The notes under the pieces: generated by a model
The model's database searches: none
Seen by the model: only the letters and a program-made list of their open reading frames with translations
What the model was told of the DNA's origin: nothing
Position numbers and translations under genes: made by a program
Assembly (NCBI GenBank): GCA_028714475.1
Contig: JAQTNC010000002.1
Span: 14,609 to 78,608, forward strand
Origin: Patescibacteria group bacterium
GTDB taxonomy: Bacteria > Patescibacteriota > Patescibacteriia > SG8-24
Direction: 5' to 3'
DNA: 64,000 nt
Part shown: positions 7,960 to 17,634 of the stretch, in pieces
Layout: each line of letters begins with the position of its first letter
Position numbering within the stretch: position 1 is the stretch's first letter

Positions 7960-8907
7960 ATGAAAACACCGATCTTCCCGCAGGCGCTGCTTGGTACGGG
8001 CATAGTGCCGTTTGGCGACCTGAAAATCAGCGTCGCGAGCCCCACGAGTCAGTACGGTCACGGCGTCTTCGAAGGCGTCAGGGCATATCCGGCCAGCCGC
8101 GGCGGCATGATCGTTCCCGCCTTGCGCCAACACATGGCCAGAATGTTTCGTTCGGCGCGGGCCTTGTTCTCGGACTTCGCGATTCCCATCACGCAAGAGG
8201 AGGCGTGCGAAAGCGTCCGTCGGCTGGTCGAGACCAACGACATCAACGAGCCGGTGTACATCAGGCCGTCGCTGCTCATCCCGGTCGCCTGCACCATCCA
8301 TCTTGAGCCGGTGGAGGGACCGAAAGAGCTCATCTTCTCCGCCTACGCGCAGAGAAGCAGCCGGTTCAGGAGAGAGGGCCTGTCCTGCATCGTCTCGCCG
8401 CTTCGCAAGCCACACGCGCGGGTGGCTCAGCACAAGGCTTGTGGCATGTACGTGTACCTAGGCATGGCTAGCGCCATGGCCGAGGAGGCCGGCTACGACG
8501 AGAGCATTCTGCTCGATCAGGACGGCCTGGTCGCCGAAGGCACCTATCAGAACATCGTTTTCGAGAAGGATGGGGTGCTGTGGGAACCGCGCCGAGAGGG
8601 GCGGCCCATCATGCCGAGCATCACTCGGGACGTCGTGCGGTGTCTGATTGCGGAAGATATGCCCGGTGGCAGGGAAATTGTGCCCACGGACGTCACGCCG
8701 CAGACGATGGTCAGGGCCGATTCGCTCATGCTGTTGGGCACCGCGTCGGAGATATGTTTCGCGCGCAAGGTTTGCTTAGACGGCGTCGATTATCAGATCG
8801 GTTCCGGCGAGGACACACCGACGCCCTTCGTGGCCGCGGTTCGGGATTCGTACGTCCGGTTTGTCAGCGGGGAACTTGGGCACGAAGACCTCTTGGTTCG
8901 GGTCTAG
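7960..8907 (+). CDS. Class IV aminotransferase (branched-chain / D-amino-acid aminotransferase family)
   Basis: 315 aa. FEGVRAY motif and overall BCAT-like layout. RBS GGAGGTG. Confidence 0.8.
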   Translation: MKTPIFPQALLGTGIVPFGDLKISVASPTSQYGHGVFEGVRAYPASRGGMIVPALRQHMARMFRSARALFSDFAIPITQEEACESVRRLVETNDINEPVYIRPSLLIPVACTIHLEPVEGPKELIFSAYAQRSSRFRREGLSCIVSPLRKPHARVAQHKACGMYVYLGMASAMAEEAGYDESILLDQDGLVAEGTYQNIVFEKDGVLWEPRREGRPIMPSITRDVVRCLIAEDMPGGREIVPTDVTPQTMVRADSLMLLGTASEICFARKVCLDGVDYQIGSGEDTPTPFVAAVRDSYVRFVSGELGHEDLLVRV

Positions 8908-9052
8908 CGCCACCGTCTTCATAATAACCGCCCTGTCTCAAGGGGCGGTTTATTAGTTAATTGCGCCCCGAGCCTCGGCCTTGCCATTTTTTGGCTATGT
9001 GGTAAAGCTAGAGATAGTGTTCGGCCTTTACAGGCAAGAGAGGAGTCGCGTC

Positions 9053-10165
9053 ATGATTATCGGCTTACCCAAGGAGATCAAGAAGGCGGAGTATCGCGTA
9101 GCCTTGACCCCGGCCGGAGCAAGGGAACTGACGCAGTGCGGCCATGATGTTTTAGTCGAGATGGGAGCTGGCCTCGGTAGCGGTTTCCCCGACGAAGCCT
9201 ATGTTCAGGCAGGCGCGTGGATCATCACCACGCCTGGGGAGATTTTCGGCCGTTCGGAACTGGTGCTTCACGTGAAGGAGCCCCAACCTTGCGAACGGAA
9301 CCTTATTCGCGAGGGACAAGTGCTGGTCGAATACCTGCACTTGGCCGCGGATCAGGGTCTCACGGAGGCGCTCATTCGAAGTCGGTGCGTCGCCTTCGGT
9401 CTGGAGACATTCCGGGGAACCAGGGATCCGTTGCCGCTACTCACCCCGATGAGCGAAGTGGCCGGATGTCTGGCGGCCCAGCAGGCCGCGAAGTACCTCG
9501 AACGGCCGATGGGCGGACGCGGCATCCTGCTCGGCGGCGTGACCGGCGTCGAACCGGCGACCGCGGTCGTCATCGGCGGCGGTGTTGTCGGCGAGAACGC
9601 GGCGCGAAAGCTCGCCGGGTTGGGCGCGAGAGTGCACGTCCTGGACACCAACCTGGATCGACTGCGCCGTCTGCGCGAGATCATGCCGGCGAACTGCGTG
9701 ATGCTGAAGTCCGACGAGGCCACCATTCGGCGCCTGCTTCCGTTGGCTGACGCCGTCATCGGCGCGGTGCTGGTCGCTGGCGCGAAGGCACCGCGGCTCA
9801 TCACGCGGGACATGCTTTCCACCATGAAGCCCGGCTCGATTATCGTGGACGTGGCCATTGACCAGGGCGGCTGCTGCGAGACCTCACGGCCCACGACCCA
9901 CGAGAACCCGACCTATGTCGTGGACGGCGTCGTTCATTATTGCGTCGCCAACATGCCCGGCTGTGTCCCATGGAGCTCCACCATGGCGCTCACGAACGCC
10001 ACGTTGCCGTACATCCTGGCGATTGCCAATCTCGGTTGGCGCCAAGCCGCCCGCGAACGGCCCGACATCCGCGCTGGCATCAACGTCCTCAACGGTCAGA
10101 TTGTCTGCCCGGAGGTCGCTAAAGCCTTCGGTATGCCCTTTGCCAGTATCGACGATCTGCTCTAG
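9053..10165 (+). CDS. ald: Alanine dehydrogenase
   Basis: 370 aa. N-terminus MIIGLPKEIKKAEYRVALTPAG. Rossmann GGGVVG motif. RBS AGAGGAG. Confidence 0.85.
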   Translation: MIIGLPKEIKKAEYRVALTPAGARELTQCGHDVLVEMGAGLGSGFPDEAYVQAGAWIITTPGEIFGRSELVLHVKEPQPCERNLIREGQVLVEYLHLAADQGLTEALIRSRCVAFGLETFRGTRDPLPLLTPMSEVAGCLAAQQAAKYLERPMGGRGILLGGVTGVEPATAVVIGGGVVGENAARKLAGLGARVHVLDTNLDRLRRLREIMPANCVMLKSDEATIRRLLPLADAVIGAVLVAGAKAPRLITRDMLSTMKPGSIIVDVAIDQGGCCETSRPTTHENPTYVVDGVVHYCVANMPGCVPWSSTMALTNATLPYILAIANLGWRQAARERPDIRAGINVLNGQIVCPEVAKAFGMPFASIDDLL

Positions 10166-10203
10166 TCGGCCAGCTTCCACCGAGCAGTCTCGTCCTCTCC
10201 ATG

Positions 10204-10229
10204 CCAGGCGCTATCGCCTGGCTTTTTTG
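10204..10229 (+). terminator. Rho-independent terminator (ccaggcg-ctat-cgcctgg plus TTTTTTG)
   Basis: 7-bp stem plus T-run, 39 nt after the ald stop. Confidence 0.7.
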
Positions 10230-10258
10230 TTTGAATTACGTTGCTGGGTCTCGTTGAA

Positions 10259-10275
10259 CCCCCCAAGACCTGACC
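10259..10275 (-). repeat. Copy E of recurring motif (reverse orientation; ccccccaagacctgacc)
   Basis: Reverse complement GGTCAGGTCTTGGGGGG. Lies between the ald terminator and the kinase gene. Confidence 0.5.
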
Positions 10276-10367
10276 TTATTTAAGAAAGATGCCCCCACTT
10301 TCCCGGGAAAATCAGCTTCACAAATGGCCGTTATTTTGCTAAAATTAAATAGACAAAGAAACCCCTT

Positions 10368-12038
10368 ATGCCAGCGAATATCGACCTCTTTAAGAGCGAG
10401 AACATGCGTCGCACGGAAGAAAGGCAGCGGACGCGGATGTTTTATCTATTCTCCGGCATCGCCATCCCGTATCTGCTGGCATACGGCGTTTTTGATTATC
10501 TTGATGCGCGAGGAGGGGTGCATATCGTCATCGGAGCCATCGAGCACCTGCTCGCTTTTCTGCTGCTATTAAGCGTTGCCCGGTATTATAAGCACAGTCA
10601 GCTCTCTGTCCTGAAGCCCCTGATTACGGTCTTGATGATGATCATGCTTCTTGTGTCGATGTTTGACGGGGGCATATCCGGCACCGCGATATATTGGCTT
10701 TTCGTCTTCCCGCCCGCGGCTTTTTACCTGAACGGTTATAAGCCCGGCATTTTCTATAACACGCTATTTTTCGTCTGCTCGGTCGCGTACCTGCTATTGC
10801 AGCGCGCCGGCATCATCCCAGCCTTTTACTCGATGGAACAGCTTGTGCAGATGTTGTTTGTCCTGCTGCAGGTTTTCCTCATCAGTTTCGCCGCGCAATT
10901 CAACCTCGAGAAGTTCCGGGTAACCATCATCAGCCAGCGCGAGCATTTGCGCGTGCTGTTGGGCGGCTTGCCCGTTGGCATCACCATGGTCGTGGCGCCT
11001 GACGGTCGGCTTTCCACGGCCAACCCGAGCGCGGAGCGGCTGTTCGGCCGCACGATCGAACCGAACGTCAAGGCAGCCGATTTCCCCAAAACCTACCAGT
11101 TAGCCAGGGAAGACGGCACCCCGTACCCGGCGGAAGACCTGCCGCTCACCGTCGCACTCATGCGCGGCGAAAGCACGGTCAAGAACGACGTGTTCGTCAA
11201 GAGGCCTGACGGGTCGCACGCGGTGTTGCGCGTCTCGGCCGCGCCGGTCCGCGACGAGACCGGTCGCATCGTCTCCGCAGTCGCGGTCTGGGAGGACGCG
11301 ACCAAAGAGCATGAAATCAGCCGGATGAAATCGGATTTCATCTCGCTTGCCTCGCACCAGCTGCGGACGCCGCTTACTTCAATAAAGTGGTCCATCGAGA
11401 TGGCGGCCGACGAGGAGAACGGCCCGTTGTCGCAGGCTCAAAAGGAAGCGCTGGACTTCGCCCGGCGATCGACCATACGTTTGGTCCGTCTGGTCAGTGA
11501 CCTGCTGAACGTTTCGCGGATCGAACGCGGCCAAATCGCCCTGCAGCCGGAACTCACCGACCTTGATGCGCTTTGTCGCGAGGCGGTGGCGGAAATAAAC
11601 CCGACCGCCGTGGAGAAGGGTCTGGCCTTGGAGAATGAAGTTCGTGCCTTGGGTCAGGTCCGTCTCGATCCCAAACTGATATTCCAGGCCCTGCTCAACC
11701 TGTTGGCCAACGCGGTGAAATACACCCCCAAGGGCGGGCACATCGAGGTCGGCGGCCGGCGCGGAGCCAATGAGGTCGAGATGTTCGTACGCGATAGCGG
11801 CGTGGGCATTCCGGCCGAAGCGAAGGACAAGATCTTCCAGAAATTCTTCCGCGCCGACAATGTTTCCGTGGACAACGAAGGCACCGGCTTGGGACTTTAC
11901 CTGGTCAAGGCCATCATCGAATCGTCTGGCGGCCGTGTTTGGTTCGAATCGGAGGTCGGCAAAGGAACTACCTTCTGGTTCAGCCTGCCTATCAGCGGCG
12001 TCGCGGCCAAGGAGGGCAGTCGTGAATTGATTATTTAG
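10368..12038 (+). CDS. Membrane-bound PAS sensor histidine kinase
   Basis: 556 aa. 5-6 N-terminal TM helices. PAS-like middle region. H-box SHQLRTPLTSI. HATPase_c motif GTGLGLYLVK...GKGTTFWFSLP. Confidence 0.8.
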   Translation: MPANIDLFKSENMRRTEERQRTRMFYLFSGIAIPYLLAYGVFDYLDARGGVHIVIGAIEHLLAFLLLLSVARYYKHSQLSVLKPLITVLMMIMLLVSMFDGGISGTAIYWLFVFPPAAFYLNGYKPGIFYNTLFFVCSVAYLLLQRAGIIPAFYSMEQLVQMLFVLLQVFLISFAAQFNLEKFRVTIISQREHLRVLLGGLPVGITMVVAPDGRLSTANPSAERLFGRTIEPNVKAADFPKTYQLAREDGTPYPAEDLPLTVALMRGESTVKNDVFVKRPDGSHAVLRVSAAPVRDETGRIVSAVAVWEDATKEHEISRMKSDFISLASHQLRTPLTSIKWSIEMAADEENGPLSQAQKEALDFARRSTIRLVRLVSDLLNVSRIERGQIALQPELTDLDALCREAVAEINPTAVEKGLALENEVRALGQVRLDPKLIFQALLNLLANAVKYTPKGGHIEVGGRRGANEVEMFVRDSGVGIPAEAKDKIFQKFFRADNVSVDNEGTGLGLYLVKAIIESSGGRVWFESEVGKGTTFWFSLPISGVAAKEGSRELII

Positions 12039-12059
12039 CTACTTAACGCGTAACCAGAT

Positions 12060-12488
12060 ATGGATTTAGTCAGCAAGGAGACGGGCACGGAGCCAAAAAA
12101 AATCCTCATCATCGAGGATGACGCTCCTCTATCAGCGATGGTGCAGAATAGATTCAAGCGCGAACTGTACGAGACGGTGTCTGCCTTGAACGGTAGTGAA
12201 GGATTGGATGCCGCACGGAAATACCGGCCGGACATCATCGTCCTGGATTTGCTCCTGCCGGTCATGAACGGATTCGATGTCTTGAGCGCCCTTAGGAAAG
12301 ACGAGCTGACTCGCGACATACCAGTCCTGGTTTTGAGCAACTTGAGCCGAGCCGAAGACATCCAGCGGACGCAAATGCTGGGCGCCAACGGCTATTTGGT
12401 CAAGACGGATGTCAGCCTCAAATACGTTACCGAAAAAATCAAAGACCTGCTTTCCAAAGGATCGGCGGGCCAGTCAGTCCGGACTTAG
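12060..12488 (+). CDS. Stand-alone response-regulator receiver domain protein
   Basis: 142 aa. ILIIEDD ... DIIVLDLLLP ... phospho-acceptor Asp context. No output domain. Confidence 0.75.
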   Translation: MDLVSKETGTEPKKILIIEDDAPLSAMVQNRFKRELYETVSALNGSEGLDAARKYRPDIIVLDLLLPVMNGFDVLSALRKDELTRDIPVLVLSNLSRAEDIQRTQMLGANGYLVKTDVSLKYVTEKIKDLLSKGSAGQSVRT

Positions 12489-12577
12489 GACGAGCAGCCG
12501 CTTCTAATCTTGTCGCGTTTTGCTAAAAAAATCGTGAATAACTAACGGGGGTTTAGCCCCAACGTAACGCTTAACGT

Positions 12578-13687
12578 ATGCGTGACCAAGCAGCCGGAAT
12601 ATCACGGCGTAAGACAGGATTTAAGTCATTGTTCCTCGTTGCTGCCATGATGTTGGTAGGGGCCGGCTGCATGCCGGCGAAAGAGGTCGTGGTCGCGCCG
12701 ACGCCCGAGACCAAGCCCGCCGCGCCAGCTCCGCAGCCGAAAATCGAGCCGCTCACGCTTACCTACACGCTCAAGAATTTTTTTGGCCCGAATTCGGAAT
12801 CCGGCGTGACCTTTTGGCTTGAGGAAGCGAGGAAATGCGACGGACGCGACGCTTATCTGGGCCTCATGAAAATGCAGGCCGGTCCCGGTTCAAACCAGGA
12901 CGTTTACGCGAAGGTCACCATCTATGCGGATAACGGCGAGTTGGCCAGCACAAGGTTTGTCCAGCCGGACGAGCTGGTCTTCGACGACATGATTCCCCAA
13001 TACAACGACCTGTCCATCCCGCTCACCGTCAACTTCTTTTTCGCCGCTGGCGGCAAGAATTTCAACGAGGACGCGAACTGGAACGCTTCAGCCCCGATTC
13101 TTCTGAAGCAGGTCGACACCGGCAAGCAGGTTGCCGACTACTCGGTCGTCCGTCAAGCCGGCGATGACGACACGTCCGGCATTGCCCCATGCCGAAAATT
13201 CAAGATCGTCGAGAAGAGCACGAACGGCAGTTCCACTTATGCCGTTTGCCTTAGCAAGGACGTCGGCAAGTTTAAACTGCCCTTCGTCGTTTCCATGGCC
13301 TTTGCGGGCGATGGGGGAATGCCGAGCTGGGCTTTGAAAAGCTTCTCCAGCGATAAATCCGGCGTGGATTGGGTGCCGCAGTGCTTGAAGCCGGTCAAGT
13401 GCGTCGCGCCGAAGCAATTCACCGACGTCGAACAGCGAACCTGCAACAGCAAGGGTTCGCAGATCGAACCGGTGGTTGATGACAACGGCTGCTTCACGGA
13501 GTACAAGTGCATGTCCCAGGAGGATTTGGCCGAACGGTCAATCAACAACATGCAGCGCCCCGGCTGTGGCGTGAATCCGGCCGTCAAGCAGAAGGTGGTT
13601 CAGTGCCGTAAGCAGAACATGCCGAACTTCGACACGACGCAGTATGACAACGGCGGTTGTATGCTGGATATTGTCTGTCGGCCGTAA
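12578..13687 (+). CDS. Cys-rich lipoprotein, unknown function
   Basis: 369 aa. Lipobox LVGAGC. C-terminal third has about 14 Cys. Confidence 0.55.
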   Translation: MRDQAAGISRRKTGFKSLFLVAAMMLVGAGCMPAKEVVVAPTPETKPAAPAPQPKIEPLTLTYTLKNFFGPNSESGVTFWLEEARKCDGRDAYLGLMKMQAGPGSNQDVYAKVTIYADNGELASTRFVQPDELVFDDMIPQYNDLSIPLTVNFFFAAGGKNFNEDANWNASAPILLKQVDTGKQVADYSVVRQAGDDDTSGIAPCRKFKIVEKSTNGSSTYAVCLSKDVGKFKLPFVVSMAFAGDGGMPSWALKSFSSDKSGVDWVPQCLKPVKCVAPKQFTDVEQRTCNSKGSQIEPVVDDNGCFTEYKCMSQEDLAERSINNMQRPGCGVNPAVKQKVVQCRKQNMPNFDTTQYDNGGCMLDIVCRP

Positions 13688-13731
13688 TTGTACAGCGCGA
13701 TAGTCGGTTAGCCTAAACTCGTAGATGAAAA

Positions 13732-13762
13732 GGCGGGCATCGTTATCGGTGCCCGCTTTTTT
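13732..13762 (+). terminator. Rho-independent terminator (gcgggcatcg-ttat-cggtgcccgc plus TTTTTTG)
   Basis: 10-bp stem with one mismatch, plus T-run. Confidence 0.7.
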
Positions 13763-13767
13763 GCATG

Positions 13768-13783
13768 CTTCGGGGTCAGGTCG
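13768..13783 (+). repeat. Copy F of recurring motif (cttcggggtcaggtcg), immediately after the terminator
   Basis: Shares the core GGGGTCAGGTC. Confidence 0.45.
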
Positions 13784-13818
13784 CCATTTTTGGCGCTTAG
13801 AGATATAATTCTGGACAT

Positions 13819-14181
13819 ATGTGGGAACAAATCAAGGAGTATCTTATCTATTTCGTGGTCGGCGGCGCGGTGACGGCGGCCATCGTGGGGCTGGAGAAGA
13901 CCGGCTCGCGCCTGCTCTCCGGCCTGGCGACGCTCGTGCCGGTCTTCACTCTCATCGCCTACTACTTCATCGGGGAAGCGCGCGGCGGCGTCGCGGTTTC
14001 CCAGCACGCCTGGCTGGTGCTTTTTGGCACGCTCGTATCCTGGGTGCCGTACATGATCGTGGTGGCCGTTTTGGCGCCGCGTCTTGGGCCGTCAAAGGCG
14101 ATTCCAACCGGGCTTGTAGTCTTTTCGGTGCTTGCCGTCGCGTATTTGCAGACGGTACGGCACTTCGGCTGGTTCCGCTGA
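13819..14181 (+). CDS. Small membrane protein (3-4 TM), unknown function
   Basis: 120-aa hydrophobic ORF. In frame with the upstream part of the 13821-15401 track ORF but separated from the MFS domain. Confidence 0.45.
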   Translation: MWEQIKEYLIYFVVGGAVTAAIVGLEKTGSRLLSGLATLVPVFTLIAYYFIGEARGGVAVSQHAWLVLFGTLVSWVPYMIVVAVLAPRLGPSKAIPTGLVVFSVLAVAYLQTVRHFGWFR

Positions 14182-14186
14182 CACTT

Positions 14187-15401
14187 ATGAAGCCAAAGAA
14201 TTCCGTTCAGTCAGTCCGCTCGAAAATACCGCGCAACGTCATCGTGGTGGCGTTTGTCGCCCTCGCGTCCGGATTCGGCCAGGATCTGATCTCGCCGATC
14301 CTGCCGTCGTATCTCCTGCTCATCGGCGTCAGTTCGGCAGGCATCGGCCTCATTGACGGGCTCCTCCAGGGTGCGACGAACGTTTTTAGGTTCGTTTCCG
14401 GCGTGCTGTCGGATCGGCTGCGCAACCGAAAAGGGCTGGTCTTCCTTGGTTACGCACTCTCATCGGTTGCCCGCCCGCTTCTCGCAATTGCGGGGTCGTT
14501 CGGTTTTGTCGCCGCCTTGCGGATAGCCGACGGCATTGGCAAGGGGACGAAGGATGCGCCACGGGATGCGCTCGTAGCCGACTCCGCTCATGAAGGAGGG
14601 AAAGGCCGCGCTTTCGGCTTCCAGCGTCTTGTTGACACGGTAGGATCAGTCATCGGACCGCTGACGGCCGCCGCGCTGTTACTGGCGCTTGCCCCATCTC
14701 TTGGCACGTATCGGCTGATTTTCCTCCTGTCCGCCGTGCCTGGCGCCATCGCCCTCGCGCTCATCGTCTTCGGCGTACGCGAACCGGAAAAACCCGCGCC
14801 GGAGGCGGCGGTGATCCAGCGGAAATTGCCGTTGCGTTTTTGGCTTTTTGTCGTTGCGGCCACCATCGGACTGCTGACAAAAATCAACGACTCGCTTTTC
14901 CTGGTGCGGGCCAGCACGCTCGGCGTGTCCGCGACTTGGCTGCCGGTGGTGTTTGCCGGCTTCACTTTGGTTTACGCGCTGTTGTCATACCCGCTTGGGG
15001 CGTGGAGCGACCGCATCGGCAAGCCGCCGCTCATCGTGGCCGGCTGGCTCACGTTAGGCATCGTGGAACTAGGCTTCTCGTTTGATGCCCCGCTGGCACC
15101 GACGTTCGGCCTGTTCGCACTTTACGGCCTCTTTTACGCCCTCACCGAAGGTTCGGCGCGCGCGTTCATTGCTGAAATCGTACCGTCGGATGCGCGCGGC
15201 AGCGCCTTCGCCGTTTATTACACGCTGACCGGCGTTGCGGTCATTGTGGGCGGCTACGGCCTCGGCCACCTTTGGGATGTCGTTTCGTCCGACGCCGCGT
15301 TCCGAGTCGCGGCCATCGGCTCAATGGTGGCCGCCGTGTTGTTTGCCGGGCTAATTAAACGACGTCCGGAACCCGCTCAAGCACCATCCGCGTTGGTATA
15401 A
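14187..15401 (+). CDS. MFS transporter
   Basis: 404 aa. 12 predicted TM. MFS motif GxLxDRxGxR (SGVLSDRLRNRKG). Confidence 0.75.
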   Translation: MKPKNSVQSVRSKIPRNVIVVAFVALASGFGQDLISPILPSYLLLIGVSSAGIGLIDGLLQGATNVFRFVSGVLSDRLRNRKGLVFLGYALSSVARPLLAIAGSFGFVAALRIADGIGKGTKDAPRDALVADSAHEGGKGRAFGFQRLVDTVGSVIGPLTAAALLLALAPSLGTYRLIFLLSAVPGAIALALIVFGVREPEKPAPEAAVIQRKLPLRFWLFVVAATIGLLTKINDSLFLVRASTLGVSATWLPVVFAGFTLVYALLSYPLGAWSDRIGKPPLIVAGWLTLGIVELGFSFDAPLAPTFGLFALYGLFYALTEGSARAFIAEIVPSDARGSAFAVYYTLTGVAVIVGGYGLGHLWDVVSSDAAFRVAAIGSMVAAVLFAGLIKRRPEPAQAPSALV

Positions 15402-15520
15402 ACGTCCGGGCGATTCGTCGGAAGACATTCGGCCTTTTGACGCGAAATCGAGTTCGTGTTAATTTCCGTTTGGCGAGCAGGTTGCCGAACATTGTTCCAG
15501 ACAAAGAAGAGGAGCCAAAC

Positions 15521-15895
15521 ATGAGAAAGTCGTTCATTTTTCTTGGCGCAGTCCTGTTGGCCGCCGCCTTGATATACCGCTGCAACCGCGATGTAGATAA
15601 CGATGCGGACACGGTCGTTCGTCCGGCGCCCTCAAGCGAGATGCCGCCACCGCAAATTGTGCCCGTTCAGCCGCCCGCGGTCGTGGCCGAGCCACCGGCC
15701 AAATCGGGGCAGGACACGGTTGGGGTTTCTCCGAAGATCGAGCCGCCCGTGTTCGACCCGCAAACGTTCCACCCGGCACCCATGCCGACCTTCAACCCGG
15801 CGCCGGTGATGACGTTCAACCCGACGCCCTTCGTGGTGCCGCCGTTCCGCACCTGGGAGCCGGTTCGTCCGCCCGTGGTACGCGGGATACCTTGA
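15521..15895 (+). CDS. Pro-rich secreted protein
   Basis: 124 aa. RBS AAGAGGAG. Signal peptide. PxxP-rich. Confidence 0.45.
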   Translation: MRKSFIFLGAVLLAAALIYRCNRDVDNDADTVVRPAPSSEMPPPQIVPVQPPAVVAEPPAKSGQDTVGVSPKIEPPVFDPQTFHPAPMPTFNPAPVMTFNPTPFVVPPFRTWEPVRPPVVRGIP

Positions 15896-15968
15896 AGCAA
15901 CCAGCCACGTCACGCCCACTACAGGCCGTCCGCTTGGATGGCCTGTTATATTATTAAGAATACAAAAG

Positions 15969-15996
15969 ACGCCCTGCACAGGTTGGCAGGGCGTCA
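15969..15996. terminator. Bidirectional terminator hairpin (gacgccctgc-N8-gcagggcgtc) between convergent genes
   Basis: 10-bp perfect stem. T-runs on both strands. Confidence 0.6.
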
Positions 15997-16035
15997 GTGC
16001 TGGCTGACCATCAGGGGATGGTGAGCGTTCGTCCT

Positions 16036-17481
16036 TCACTCGCCCAGCTGTTGGAGGAGTGGAAGGTATGGAGCCGAATCGTCCAAGGGGGAAACGACCG
16101 CGAGGTAGGCCCGGCTGGCGCTCAGCAAATCCGCGGCTACCGCCTGAACTTGGGTGGGCGTGACGGCGTCGTAGGCCGCGAAGCGTTCCGCGATTGTCCA
16201 GGTACGGCCTTCCAGTAGCAACTGCAGGCCGTAATATTGCGCCACTTCGTCCGACTTCTCGAGCGACAAGGCCAAATCGCCGCGCAGGCATGACTTGACT
16301 TTCGCGAGTTCGGCAGCTGACACCGGCTCCGTCTTGAGCCTGACCAGTTCCGAAACGATGACCTGGATGGCTTCGGCTAGGCGTTTCGTGTCCAAACCGG
16401 CGCGAATGACCAACTGGCCGGTGTGCCTAAAGGTGCTGGGGCCGGCGCTGATAGAATATGCCAAGCCGCGCTTGGTGCGGATTTCCGAGAACAGCCGCGA
16501 ACTCATGCCGCCGCCCAGGACCGTGGCCAAAATCCCTAGGGCTGGCCCTCGCGAATCGCCCCGGGCGTAAGCCGGAAAGCCGAGACGCAAGCTCACTTGC
16601 GTGGCGTCATCCTTGCGGTCCATGAGGACGTGCGGTCCCGGAATGAAAACCGGCGACGCAAAACGCGGACGACGGCGTTCGACCGGCGCGGCGCTGCCGA
16701 AGGTACGCTCCAGCATGGTCAGGGTGGCTGCTTCGTCAAACCGGCCGGCGACGGTCACAATCGTGCTGGACGGCACGAAATTCCTCTTCCAGAAACTGAC
16801 CAGGTCGGCTCGCGTGATTGCCCCGACCGTCTCGGCCGTGCCAACCACAGGGCGACCTAGGCCATCGAGAGGGAACATGAGGTGGTCGAGCGCCTCCTCG
16901 TTGCGGATGCCGACATGGTCGCGACGCATATTGATTTCATCGGTGATGGCGCCGCGCTCGATTTCCATGTCTTCGGCGCGAACGACCGAGTTCATGAGCA
17001 TATCCGCGAGGATATCCATGCCTTGTCCGAAGCCGCTCGCTTCGGCGCGGATGTAATAACCGACGTGATCCGTGCTCGTGTAGCCGTTGAAGTCCGCACC
17101 GAGGCCTTCCATCTCGCTGGTCAGGTCAGCCTGCGTCGGCCGCCTGGTCGTCCCGCGGAACATCATGTGCTCCACGAAATGCGCGATGCCTGCCTGTTCC
17201 GGGTTTTCTAGGAGCGAACCGGCATCATACAGCACCAGTACGGTCGCGGTGACGGCGCTGGGCATCTGCACGAACAGGACGCGCGTGCCGTTATCCAGCC
17301 TGAGTTTCCTGACCGCGATGTCCGCCGATTTGGCGGCCGATGCGGCTTTGTCTTGGTTGCGGTTGTCAAGGGACGTTTTTGCCGTTCCGCACAGCGTTTG
17401 CCCTTGGCCGCCACAGGCGACGAGGGCAAGGAGCAGGGCGACGAACAGCAGGACCAACTGATTGCCTAGTCGCTTTGTCAT
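16036..17481 (-). CDS. M16 family zinc peptidase (pitrilysin/insulinase-like)
   Basis: 481 aa. Signal peptide. Inverted zincin motif HFVEHMMF (HxxEH). Confidence 0.8.
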   Translation of the reverse strand: MTKRLGNQLVLLFVALLLALVACGGQGQTLCGTAKTSLDNRNQDKAASAAKSADIAVRKLRLDNGTRVLFVQMPSAVTATVLVLYDAGSLLENPEQAGIAHFVEHMMFRGTTRRPTQADLTSEMEGLGADFNGYTSTDHVGYYIRAEASGFGQGMDILADMLMNSVVRAEDMEIERGAITDEINMRRDHVGIRNEEALDHLMFPLDGLGRPVVGTAETVGAITRADLVSFWKRNFVPSSTIVTVAGRFDEAATLTMLERTFGSAAPVERRRPRFASPVFIPGPHVLMDRKDDATQVSLRLGFPAYARGDSRGPALGILATVLGGGMSSRLFSEIRTKRGLAYSISAGPSTFRHTGQLVIRAGLDTKRLAEAIQVIVSELVRLKTEPVSAAELAKVKSCLRGDLALSLEKSDEVAQYYGLQLLLEGRTWTIAERFAAYDAVTPTQVQAVAADLLSASRAYLAVVSPLDDSAPYLPLLQQLGE

Positions 17482-17634
17482 GATTTCACCTCAATTCACA
17501 GCAGTTCGATCAGGTTCAATTTAAACATCGCGCCCACGCAATGTCAAAAGGGAACACCGCGTCGGCGTTTGGCATCAGGTCAAAGCAGGGTATAATGAAC
17601 GCGAACTGTGCGTTGAACACATTAATGATGACTT

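Noticed and set aside
17121-17140. ggtcaggtcagcc inside the M16 peptidase gene, resembling the recurring motif core
   Set aside because: Lacks the flanking GGAAACGGGG and TTGAA parts, and lies in-frame within a conserved coding region. Judged chance.
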